This document shows, in pieces, positions 38,787 through 47,516 of a stretch of 64,000 nt of DNA. Under the pieces are notes generated by a model that did not search any database, was not told where the DNA came from, and saw nothing but the letters and a program-made list of their open reading frames with translations. The stretch is from Candidatus Methanophagaceae archaeon (GTDB lineage Archaea; Halobacteriota; Syntropharchaeia; Alkanophagales; Methanospirareceae): positions 3,981 to 67,980 of the forward strand of contig PQXC01000006.1 of the NCBI GenBank assembly GCA_003194435.1. Direction: 5' to 3'. The first letter of the stretch is position 1, and each line of letters opens with the position of its first letter. The translations under genes and the position numbers were made by a program.

Positions 38787-39860
38787 TTACTTTTCATCTT
38801 TTCCCGTTCGAGAAAAGCTCCCCAATATTTCACCACTGCCATCGAACACATAAACGTCAGCATCGGTTTTCTGTGCTAACCTCTCTGCAAGGGTGCCGAA
38901 GAAGGTCTTCAGTCGTTCATAATCTATTTTCTTCAATCGTTCAACAAGCTCGCTGACACTGCTGAACTCAAAATTGAAATGGTTGTGAGCATTAATATCT
39001 AACATATCGCAAATCTTCGCGGGCATCGTGAATATCACCTTCCTCTTCGCTTTTGACTTCTCTATCGCGTAGCACACGAAATTACCGGCAACAATAATCT
39101 TCTCCGCCGGGAAATTCAGTTTTTCGGTAGCGAACCTCTTGCTTGCAGCACCTGTGCTTACCCCGATAACGTCCTTTATATCTCTTACGAGGAAGTCTAT
39201 AACGTGCTTATAGCCATTCCTGGTGTATGGCTCAACGAATCCAGTAGCGCCGAAGATGGGTATTCCTCCTTCTATTCCCACCGCTGGAAGAACTGTGTTT
39301 TTCGCTATCTTCTCACCCTCGGGCACGAAAATCTCTATTTCTACACCACCGGACAGTACTTCCTTCACGTTCGCTTCTATGTTCCTCAAGATGTGCGGGT
39401 ATATATCGGGTGCTCCGACTTTACCCAAACCCGGTCTTTTTATTATCCCTATACCCTTGCCCGCTCTTATAGAGAACACAGGAAAACGTCTCGCCTTTGC
39501 ACATATAAGCATTCCACTGAATGTGTCACCTTTGTAATCGCCGGAATCTACACGAACACAGGCGGTACAACTGGCTTTATCCAAACTCGCTACGTTCATC
39601 TCCGCTTTCACACCAATCGGGGTTGTAACTTCTACTTTTTTCACTTCTTTACCTGCGAGCAGAAGAGCAGCAGCTTTTGAAGCCGCAGTAGCGCAAGTTC
39701 CTGTTGTATAGCCTCGTTTGAGGATTCTCCCATTCTCGAGCAGGACCACTCTGCCCTTTTTTATATGCTCGATTAAGGCATCATAACCGATATTATTCAT
39801 CTTTGCAGCTCTTTTTATTAGTTCTTCCGGGTATTCCCTTCCTGATACAGGGTCTATCAT
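38787..39860 (-). CDS. cbiD: Cobalt-precorrin-5B C1-methyltransferase
   Basis: RGYTTGTCATAASKAA signature of CbiD. 357 aa. Confidence 0.85.
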   Translation of the reverse strand: MIDPVSGREYPEELIKRAAKMNNIGYDALIEHIKKGRVVLLENGRILKRGYTTGTCATAASKAAALLLAGKEVKKVEVTTPIGVKAEMNVASLDKASCTACVRVDSGDYKGDTFSGMLICAKARRFPVFSIRAGKGIGIIKRPGLGKVGAPDIYPHILRNIEANVKEVLSGGVEIEIFVPEGEKIAKNTVLPAVGIEGGIPIFGATGFVEPYTRNGYKHVIDFLVRDIKDVIGVSTGAASKRFATEKLNFPAEKIIVAGNFVCYAIEKSKAKRKVIFTMPAKICDMLDINAHNHFNFEFSSVSELVERLKKIDYERLKTFFGTLAERLAQKTDADVYVFDGSGEILGSFSRTGKDEK

Positions 39861-40034
39861 TTTTTCATCCCGTGCTTCTATAATTCATTGTAAGTAACGT
39901 GCTTAAAGGAATGTTAAAAAGATGACCTTGAGAGGGAGAAATGCGTCATCGCTGTTGTCGTATATTTGCTGAGAGGCATAATTATAAAGGATAAATGAGA
40001 GCATAAAGCACAGGAACTGGAATTCCTCAAGCAA

Positions 40035-41480
40035 TCACCCATTTTTATTTTTGCGTTTCCTCTTATCCCTCTCTAACAGCACATACCCCACCAGTGCGAG
40101 CAAGCCAGAGGCGAACAGGATGAGCGTTGACAGTTCGGGAATTGGATAGCCGGGGTCAGTAGAAGGGCTTTCGATATAAGAGTCGCTGCCGGCTTCGGCT
40201 TTATAGTATATCTGGAGTTCATCCGTTGGGCAATCCCATGATAATCTAACAGCGAGCCAATCGCCAGTACTGAAATCCTGTGTTGTTGATACGTTGTCTT
40301 CACAGGTTATGTCCCATAGATGTTTAGTTTCCGCTGCTGTTAACTGCTCGGTGTGGCTGGCAATAACGGTTACATCTCCGGTGCCTTTTTCCAGCCTGCA
40401 AATCTCAACCGTGAGGTTGTGCCCTATTTCATCATCTTCTATCGCTTCTGTCCGAATATGCGCTTTCCACGGGTTATCGCCAAATCCGAGTCCGCATTCC
40501 GCTCCGGTATCCGCATAGAACCATGCCACTCCGGTATAACTCAGGTTGAAATATTCGCCTGTGCCGCTTCCTGAACCTTTGTGCATCAGGTTGTCCTTCG
40601 CGTGCGTCTTACTATCGTTCGCGTTTGGTGCATCATCGGGTTTAGCTTCAGGGGTAAGATACCATGTCTGCTGCTTTGGAACCGGAAGCGTAATGTTGGA
40701 ATCGAATCTCCCGCCTTCGTTGACCTCTTCTGATGATACCTTGAACTCAACAATCTTTGACTGACTTCCATCCGGACTTCTGACATCGAGCTGCAGTGTC
40801 TCGCCTGTAACTATATCAATGCCATGTCTAAGCACGAGCTGGTAGTAGTTAGAAGTGGGTGAAGTCTCAGCCTGCCATTCCTCGCTCGTGTTCAGGTTTG
40901 TTATGTTAACTCTGGGATTATTGCATTCACTGCCGTTTTCGTAAGAAACATATCCATATACGAGGAACGGACTTGAGGGCTGTATAATTTCTACACTTCC
41001 ATTCTTTACGTTGGCAGGGATAGGATAACCATCAGGGTCGCTTAAAATGACGCCCTCCAGGTCGCTAAGGTGAAGCCCACTGAGTCCACGTTCAGCAATC
41101 GCTTGAAATGTAATTGTTGTAAGCACACCTGAAGTGTTCACGCCGCTCGTTGTTTTCTTCCGTGATTCAGCATACTCGACCTTGCCAAGGGTATTATTTA
41201 TTTCGTCTATCAATAGATATGTCTCAGCACCATCCTGACTGAGAAATGTGCCTTGGGTAAGTCCAGTTGCGTTCAACAGCGTATTATTAAAATACAGCGT
41301 GTAGCTGGCACCAAATACTTCACTTCCTTCCGGATAAACTGTAATATTAACTGTGAATATCTCCCCTGATGCGACTTTTTGACATGAAGGCTCAACGCTT
41401 ATCGTCGCAGCAGAAGCAGTCTGAGAAATAGCCAGAATTACCACCATTATTATCATTATCGCTGCAATTGTATATTTCAT
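40035..41480 (-). CDS. Secreted cohesin-domain surface protein with NITNLNTSE..NYYQ module and C-terminal TM/basic anchor
   Basis: Signal peptide. Cohesin domain FTVNITVYPEGSEVFGASYTLYFNNTLLNATGL.... C-terminal LILFASGLLALVGYVLLERDKRKRK. Confidence 0.8.
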   Translation of the reverse strand: MKYTIAAIMIIMVVILAISQTASAATISVEPSCQKVASGEIFTVNITVYPEGSEVFGASYTLYFNNTLLNATGLTQGTFLSQDGAETYLLIDEINNTLGKVEYAESRKKTTSGVNTSGVLTTITFQAIAERGLSGLHLSDLEGVILSDPDGYPIPANVKNGSVEIIQPSSPFLVYGYVSYENGSECNNPRVNITNLNTSEEWQAETSPTSNYYQLVLRHGIDIVTGETLQLDVRSPDGSQSKIVEFKVSSEEVNEGGRFDSNITLPVPKQQTWYLTPEAKPDDAPNANDSKTHAKDNLMHKGSGSGTGEYFNLSYTGVAWFYADTGAECGLGFGDNPWKAHIRTEAIEDDEIGHNLTVEICRLEKGTGDVTVIASHTEQLTAAETKHLWDITCEDNVSTTQDFSTGDWLAVRLSWDCPTDELQIYYKAEAGSDSYIESPSTDPGYPIPELSTLILFASGLLALVGYVLLERDKRKRKNKNG

Positions 41481-41543
41481 CTTTTATTTTGCCACCTCCT
41501 GAATTTCTTACTTATAGCACTTCTCATCGGCGATTTTTCAGTT

Positions 41544-42821
41544 TCATTCCTCTTCCCTCCACAACTTTATTGCAGGTATCCAGCCTGTGTATTCTTTCCC
41601 GTTCGCATCTGTGAACTCGTCACATATTATTTTACCGCCTGTTGCGTTGTATTCCCCGGGATGATGGATAATCTGCGGATACGAGCCTGTGCGAATGGTG
41701 TAGTTGTATTCTTTACATGGTTCAAGCGTGAAACTTGTGTTGAACGTAAGGTTATGCCAGTCGTCTGAATATCCACTCCAGTTTGCGTGTGCATCCACGC
41801 CGTTGCCCCATATCCTCGCATATTCAGTGTGCCCGCCAGTGCCAGGGCATGCATAAGTGTATATCCTGTTCACTTCTATCTCATGGGCAGGTATTATTGT
41901 TCCGTTATGCACGCCCATTATGCTTGGATACGGGCTATCTGGCGCACCGGTGTCAAAGATACCAAGTTTTGCTTCAAGTGTGATATTGAAGTTGAAGAGC
42001 CCGCCGTTGTTGATATCATTTTGGGTTACCATGTAGTTTGTAATATTTGACAGTTTTCCATCCGGGCTTGTAACGTTGAACTGCAATATCTCGCCTGCAA
42101 CTATGTCAGTGCAAGGTGTAAGCACGAGCTGATAGTAGTTATAATCAGGATGTGTCTCAGCTTTCCATTCCTTGCTTGTGTTCAGACTTGTGTTCAGGTT
42201 AGTTATGTTAACCTTTGGATTATTGCATTCGGTGTCATTTCTGTAATAAACATATCCAAATATCAAGAATGAGCTGGATGGCTGTGCGATTTCTACGCTT
42301 CCATTGCTAACATTGGTCAAGATAGGATAACCATCAGGGTCGCTTAAGATGACGCCCTCCAGGTCGCTAAGGTGAAGCCCACTGAGTCCACGTTCAGCAA
42401 TCGCTTGAAATGTAATTGTTGTAAGCACACCTGAAGTGTTCACGCCGCTCGTTGTTTTCTTCCGTGATTCAGCATACTCGACCTTGCCAAGGGTATTATT
42501 TATTTCGTCTACCCATAGATATGTCTCAGCACCATCCTGACTGAGAAATGTGCCTTGGGTAAGTCCAGTTGCGTTCAACAGCGTATTATTAAAATACAGC
42601 GTGTAGCTGGCACCATATACTTCACTTCCTTCCGGATAAACTGTAATATTAACTGTAAATATCTCCCCAGATGCGACTTTTTGACATGAAGGCTCAACAC
42701 TCACTACTGGACTTGCCTGTGATTCAATCGCTGTTGGCACGGCAAAGCCAATTTGTGCAAATATAAATATAAATAAAGCTATAATGCCAGTTCCAATTGC
42801 GGTGGTCAAAACTCTTTTCAT
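41544..42821 (-). CDS. Secreted cohesin-domain protein (paralogue, 110-aa stretch identical to 55025..55813)
   Basis: Signal peptide plus cohesin domain. C-terminal beta-rich domain. Confidence 0.8.
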   Translation of the reverse strand: MKRVLTTAIGTGIIALFIFIFAQIGFAVPTAIESQASPVVSVEPSCQKVASGEIFTVNITVYPEGSEVYGASYTLYFNNTLLNATGLTQGTFLSQDGAETYLWVDEINNTLGKVEYAESRKKTTSGVNTSGVLTTITFQAIAERGLSGLHLSDLEGVILSDPDGYPILTNVSNGSVEIAQPSSSFLIFGYVYYRNDTECNNPKVNITNLNTSLNTSKEWKAETHPDYNYYQLVLTPCTDIVAGEILQFNVTSPDGKLSNITNYMVTQNDINNGGLFNFNITLEAKLGIFDTGAPDSPYPSIMGVHNGTIIPAHEIEVNRIYTYACPGTGGHTEYARIWGNGVDAHANWSGYSDDWHNLTFNTSFTLEPCKEYNYTIRTGSYPQIIHHPGEYNATGGKIICDEFTDANGKEYTGWIPAIKLWREEE

Positions 42822-42839
42822 TTTTTATTTTTTTACCCC

Positions 42840-43697
42840 CTATTTTTCTTTTTTAAATATCAAATACGACGCTATCACGAACAATCCCGCTGTTACAAAC
42901 ACAGCCTCAAATCCCGGTATTTCCTGTCCCTTATTCTCTTTTTCCCCTGACATAGGCAATGAAACGATTGAAGCCGGCGACGACGTGGCTATGGTTGGAG
43001 TTGGATATGGTGATGGATATGGTGATGGTGAGGGAACAGAGTTTATAGTGGATGTCTGCATTGGTGTAGAATCCGGTGTCTCCGTAGGTGAGGATATAGA
43101 TGCAGGCGTTGATGTTGGTGTTGACGTTACAGATGCGTCTCCACTGTTGCTATCCCCACTTTCCGAAGTTGGTGTTGGCGTAGACGTGGGCGTATGAGTA
43201 GGTGTTGGTGTAGTTCCTATATTGCATGTTCCATCACCGATTAAAACGCCTGCGATCTCAAAACCGTAAGGGTCGCTTAATATTACTTCACTCAAATTTA
43301 GACTGCTCGTTCCGGGTTTCGTTGCATTAAAGGTAATGGTTGCAAGCACACCGGGGTTAGTCACTCCACCGCTACCTATTCTGTATTCGCTGAAATTGAC
43401 CTTGCCGTTGGAATTATCAATCTCATTTACCATCACATTGCCTCCGAGAAAGGGTCCTTGGTTTTGACTCAGCGCCTGTAATAAACTATTATCAAAGAAT
43501 AAGGTGTATTGAGCACCGAATATCTCCTCGCCTTCAGGATATATGGTTATGTTCACTGTGAACTTCTCCCCGGGTGAAACTTGTAGATATGGCGGTTCAA
43601 CACTTATTTTTGGTCCTGGCATTCCAAGGCTCGTTTGTATGAGTGAAGAGACAAATAGGGGAGCAATGGCAATCGCTGCGACCATAGCTTTGTTCAT
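42840..43697 (-). CDS. Cohesin-domain protein with Thr/Pro-rich linker and PGF-CTERM archaeosortase sorting signal
   Basis: Cohesin FTVNITIYPEGEEIFGAQYTLFFDNSLL. TPTPTHTPTSTPTPT linker. IPGFEAVFVTAGLFVIASYLIFKKEK. Confidence 0.8.
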   Translation of the reverse strand: MNKAMVAAIAIAPLFVSSLIQTSLGMPGPKISVEPPYLQVSPGEKFTVNITIYPEGEEIFGAQYTLFFDNSLLQALSQNQGPFLGGNVMVNEIDNSNGKVNFSEYRIGSGGVTNPGVLATITFNATKPGTSSLNLSEVILSDPYGFEIAGVLIGDGTCNIGTTPTPTHTPTSTPTPTSESGDSNSGDASVTSTPTSTPASISSPTETPDSTPMQTSTINSVPSPSPYPSPYPTPTIATSSPASIVSLPMSGEKENKGQEIPGFEAVFVTAGLFVIASYLIFKKEK

Positions 43698-43703
43698 TTT
43701 TTA

Positions 43704-44720
43704 TCATCTCCTCCTTTTTCTTTTTATGATAAAATATGACATTGCAAGCAAGCCAATTGTTGCTGTGATAGCTCCAAATCCTGATGTAGGTGAAGCTGCT
43801 GGTGAAGCAGCAGGGGTGAGAGAAGGTGGAGGTGACAATGCAGGAGGTGAAGGGGTTACTGTTATTGGAGGTGTGGGTGTGAGCAATGAGGTTACGGGGA
43901 AGTAAATCTTCCATTCTTCTATACCACCAAGCATATTATAAACATGTTCAAAACCATGCTGGACAAGTATTTCGCTTGCTGTTCTGCTTCTGCTACCGGT
44001 TTTACAATAAACAATGATTTTTTTAGATTTGTCCAATTCGCCAATTCTGTTTCCCAATTCAGGTAAAGGTATAAGTTTAGCTTCAGGTATATGCTCACTA
44101 TCGTATTCCTTTTTCGTTCTGACATCCAGCAAAATGATTTCTTCCGGCTCTTCTTCCAACATCTCGTGTGCTTTTTCAACTGTGATATCAATAACAGCGG
44201 GCTCACCTGTAACTCCTCCTACGGTACATGTTCCACCGCCAATTTCACTCTCAAAAACTTTCCCATTTATGTCGCTTAATATCACATCGCCCAATGTTAA
44301 ATCGCTCGTTCCGGAGGTTCCAATTACCTCAAAGCTAATAGATGCTAATACACCAGAGTCTGATATGCCTCTCTCAGCAGTTCGTGTCTCGCCATATTCG
44401 ATCTTGCCAATTGTATTGTTTATTTTGTTTATCACTTCGATTGCATTCGTGCCATCCTGACTTAGAAAAGTCCCCTTGGTTTGCGATGTTGCATTGAGCA
44501 AATTGGGGTCGAAATATAAATCATATTGAGCGGCATATATCTCCTCTCCTTTTGGGTCCACCACGATTTCGATTGTGAATGTCTCCCCCTGCGATACCTC
44601 AACACTTGCTGGCGACACGCTTATACTTGGTCCGGGTGCGGCTTGCACCAGCGAGCTAAACGCCAGATTTAGTAGCACAAAAAATACCAAACCCATACAT
44701 ATTGCCCTTCTTATTTCCAT
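43704..44720 (-). CDS. Cohesin domain - rhodanese (sulfurtransferase) domain - Pro/Thr linker - PGF-CTERM-like anchor fusion protein
   Basis: Cohesin FTIEIVVDPKGEEIYAAQYDLYFDPNLL. Rhodanese with active-site loop VYCKTGSRS. C-terminal SGFGAITATIGLLAMSYFIIKRKRRR. Confidence 0.8.
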   Translation of the reverse strand: MEIRRAICMGLVFFVLLNLAFSSLVQAAPGPSISVSPASVEVSQGETFTIEIVVDPKGEEIYAAQYDLYFDPNLLNATSQTKGTFLSQDGTNAIEVINKINNTIGKIEYGETRTAERGISDSGVLASISFEVIGTSGTSDLTLGDVILSDINGKVFESEIGGGTCTVGGVTGEPAVIDITVEKAHEMLEEEPEEIILLDVRTKKEYDSEHIPEAKLIPLPELGNRIGELDKSKKIIVYCKTGSRSRTASEILVQHGFEHVYNMLGGIEEWKIYFPVTSLLTPTPPITVTPSPPALSPPPSLTPAASPAASPTSGFGAITATIGLLAMSYFIIKRKRRR

Positions 44721-44919
44721 TTTTTATCACTTTTTCATTTTTTATATTTTTATCTATTTAAAAGCTTTTCGATTTTTTTCTTTATTGTTGTTAGGATTAT
44801 GAAAGAATAACCCTATATATAGCTATAAGGAAAAGGGGAGGGGAAGAGTGGGGGGAGTATATCGGTCGGTGGACGCCCGCTAAAAATAGTGCATGAATGT
44901 TCAGCGATTCCCCTTTTAA

Positions 44920-45144
44920 CTTTTTATTTTATTCTCTGCTTTCGGTTTAGCATATCCATCGGATTTCGGGAGCAAGGTGATAGGGCTCATATTTGGACTC
45001 CCGGCTCTTTTCCTCGTGAATGCTTTCCGGCTTTTCTTCCTTTCTCTTATCCTTCTTTATTATCCCGGGATTTTTGATTATGCGCATACATATCTGTGGC
45101 AGACGGTCATCTTGATAATGATATTTGTGGCATGTCTGGTGTAG
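44920..45144 (+). pseudogene. Exosortase/archaeosortase-like fragment (NxxR motif region) without start codon
   Basis: Frame +1 reads ...GLIFGLPALFLVNAFRLFFLSLILLYYPGIFDYAHTYLWQTVILIMIFVACLV, resembling the conserved aNgxR...H transmembrane core of exosortases. Neighbouring frames (44889..45077, 45236..45652) are also hydrophobic. Confidence 0.3.
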
Positions 45145-45235
45145 TTGGAATTTGTAGTGAAGGTGAGGGTGAAGGATACGGCTTCTTCCTTTTTTCTCCG
45201 TTTCATGGCTATTTCTGAACTATGATTATAGCTTA

Positions 45236-45652
45236 TTGATTGCGAAGGTCGCGGAACCAATCGTGAATATGGTGCTTCCGGAATCAAGTTTAGCAAATTT
45301 AAAAGAGATGAGATACACTGGTGTAGAAGTGATAATAACACCGGAATTGATGACCGCTACTTTCAATTTCGTTCCTTTTATCGGGCTTATTTTCGCAACG
45401 AGAGCAATTAGTTTTAAGAATAAGATGAAGGCTATGGGAATAGGTTTGCCTATAATAGTAATTGCACATATCTTTTTCCTTGTGTATAAATCTCTTACGG
45501 ATCCGAACCTTGGAGTCCCTTATGCTTTTAAAGCCATGCTCACAGTGCAATTGATAGGACAATATTTCCTCCCTTTTGGCATCTGGCTTGCATTTGCATG
45601 TAGTGGGGATAGAGGAGCATGTGAGGAAGAAGCATGGGAAGAAAGGCGTTGA
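45236..45652 (+). CDS. Hydrophobic hypothetical protein (possibly the C-terminal part of the degraded archaeosortase-like gene)
   Basis: ORF with three predicted TM segments. Confidence 0.3.
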   Translation: MIAKVAEPIVNMVLPESSLANLKEMRYTGVEVIITPELMTATFNFVPFIGLIFATRAISFKNKMKAMGIGLPIIVIAHIFFLVYKSLTDPNLGVPYAFKAMLTVQLIGQYFLPFGIWLAFACSGDRGACEEEAWEERR

Positions 45653-45881
45653 AGAAGGAAGAAGTTAAGGCAGTGTTAGAGTTGGAGGCGGAGAAAGCCG
45701 ATTTCGTCTCTATGATGTTAGAGAAATTGCATTTAGGTAAGGTTATGGAGCGGATAAGGAATGTGCTTAAGAGAATAAAAGAGAAGGAAAAGTAAAGGAG
45801 ATGCGACTCCTGAGTCTCTAAATTCTTCAGTTCAAGTTCAAAGAGAAGTTTTTATATGCGCATTGCCAATATTATTCACGA

Positions 45882-46244
45882 GTGGTAGAAATGGAACATT
45901 CGTGGATAGAAGTTGAAATATCAGACCTTGAGAGGAAGAAATCCGCAAAGCTAAACGCATTGGTTGATACTGGAGCGAGCTTGGCAGTTTTGCCAGAAAA
46001 AATAGCTGAGGAGCTTGGGATAGAACCTATAAGCGAGGAGAAAGTTTCGACAGGAGCAGGAGAGATAAAGGTAAAGAGGGGTAGAGCCTGGATAAAGCTG
46101 AAGGGGAAGGAAGATGCCTTTCCCATCTGGATTTCGGGTTTTATAGACAAGGTTTTGCTTGGAGTGGTTGTTTTAGAATCCTTTGGCTTTGATGTAGATC
46201 CTGCAACCGGAACATTGAAGGAAAGACCACTGCTTTTATATTGA
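45882..46244 (+). CDS. Retropepsin-like (clan AA) aspartic protease
   Basis: ALVDTGASLAVLP matches the D-T/S-G-A catalytic motif and hydrophobic flanks of the retropepsin fold. 120 aa. Confidence 0.6.
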   Translation: MVEMEHSWIEVEISDLERKKSAKLNALVDTGASLAVLPEKIAEELGIEPISEEKVSTGAGEIKVKRGRAWIKLKGKEDAFPIWISGFIDKVLLGVVVLESFGFDVDPATGTLKERPLLLY

Positions 46245-46489
46245 CGGATAGATTGACTTGCATCTCGCTCTTGGATTAGTTAGTTTGGCGATTGCTAAAA
46301 GGCTTCTTGAGAAGTGATTCGAGTTTACAGAATTTTCTAAAGAAGAGTTCATACGGGTTTTTTTCCTTCATTAAGAAAGAACTCGAGCTAATTCCTCTTG
46401 AAACCTAAGAGAAAAAAAGGAATTTTTTAAAGTTTACTATTTTCCACTTTTCCCTATTGCCTATTGCCTATTGCCCATTTCGCTTATTT

Positions 46490-47494
46490 TTACCATGCAA
46501 TATTCCCCCAATTTGCTCCTATTATCACTGCATCAAGTATGTTCACGATACAATCATTGTTAAGGTCTCCCCTGTCAGCCCTGTCTTGTCCTTCCCAGCA
46601 GAAATTACCGCACGTGCATTTTTCGCCCCATTCACGCCCTACTATTACTGCATCAAGGATATTCACCCTGCCGTCCCCGGTTGCGTCTCCCGCAATATAG
46701 ACGTTAACTTGTATAATAGCCGTGTTTGCGAGACCACCATCATCCTTTACTGTTAAACTGACATTAAATGGTTCGTAGCCTGTTCCATTCCATTTACAGC
46801 TCGAATAAGCATGCTCTATCGCCGGACCTTCGCCAGAATGTGTGTCTCCGAAGTCCCATGTATAGCTTGTGATGGCATCGCCATCCGGGTCATAAGAAGC
46901 GGAAGCGTTAAAGATGGTTTGGCATGGATAATAGGAGCCAACGTTATTGTAGCGGTGCGCAGAGAATGCGATTGCAACAGGGGGGAAGTTTATAAATGCA
47001 GTGCCATTATCTACTGCCGCCGGTATGGTAGTTTCATCAGGACCAGCTTCCTTCAGCACATTGATGCTTAGGTTCAATGCACTTGTCTCTCCATGATTGC
47101 CAACCGCTTTTAATGTGATGTCTGCGAATTTGACATCGCCGTATAATCCATCGCCAAAATCTGCCCCCACTGCTTTGACACTACCTGTCGAATTGTCAAT
47201 AACTGCATCAAATAAATCGAAATCGCTGTTCGCTGCCGATACCACATGAACCACAGATGGGTCGAAAGCGAGGCTTATATCGGCAGCACCCAAATATGAT
47301 ACATTGTTGATCATGATACTCGTGACTGCAGTTTCGTCAGGCTTCATAAAGGCATCGCTTATTGATACAGTAGTTTCAGAAGCAGAAGCTGAAGCTGAAG
47401 CAGACAGAGTGAGGAATGAGACAAAGAGCAGAAATAGTGCAGTATACAACACTGCTACTCCCGGTCTTTTCTTCTTCCACATATCGTTCTTCAT
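46490..47494 (-). CDS. Secreted protein: cohesin-like N-domain + PKD domain + C-terminal double dockerin
   Basis: PKD YDPDGDAITSYTWDFGD. Dockerin repeats GDATGDGRVNILDAVIVGREWG and GDLNNDCIVNILDAVIIGANWG. Start set near MKNDMWKKKRPG (signal peptide). Confidence 0.75.
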   Translation of the reverse strand: MKNDMWKKKRPGVAVLYTALFLLFVSFLTLSASASASASETTVSISDAFMKPDETAVTSIMINNVSYLGAADISLAFDPSVVHVVSAANSDFDLFDAVIDNSTGSVKAVGADFGDGLYGDVKFADITLKAVGNHGETSALNLSINVLKEAGPDETTIPAAVDNGTAFINFPPVAIAFSAHRYNNVGSYYPCQTIFNASASYDPDGDAITSYTWDFGDTHSGEGPAIEHAYSSCKWNGTGYEPFNVSLTVKDDGGLANTAIIQVNVYIAGDATGDGRVNILDAVIVGREWGEKCTCGNFCWEGQDRADRGDLNNDCIVNILDAVIIGANWGNIAW

Positions 47495-47516
47495 TCTTAT
47501 TTTCACCTCCTTCCAT

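Noticed and set aside
43543-43905. Plus-strand ORF with Gly/Glu/Ala-rich product
   Set aside because: Antisense to the Thr/Pro linker of the cohesin protein. Compositional artefact.
45634-45795. 53-aa ORF MGRKALKKEEVKAVLELEAEKADF...
   Set aside because: Plausible small basic protein, but below evidential threshold and overlapping the end of 45236..45652. Left unannotated.
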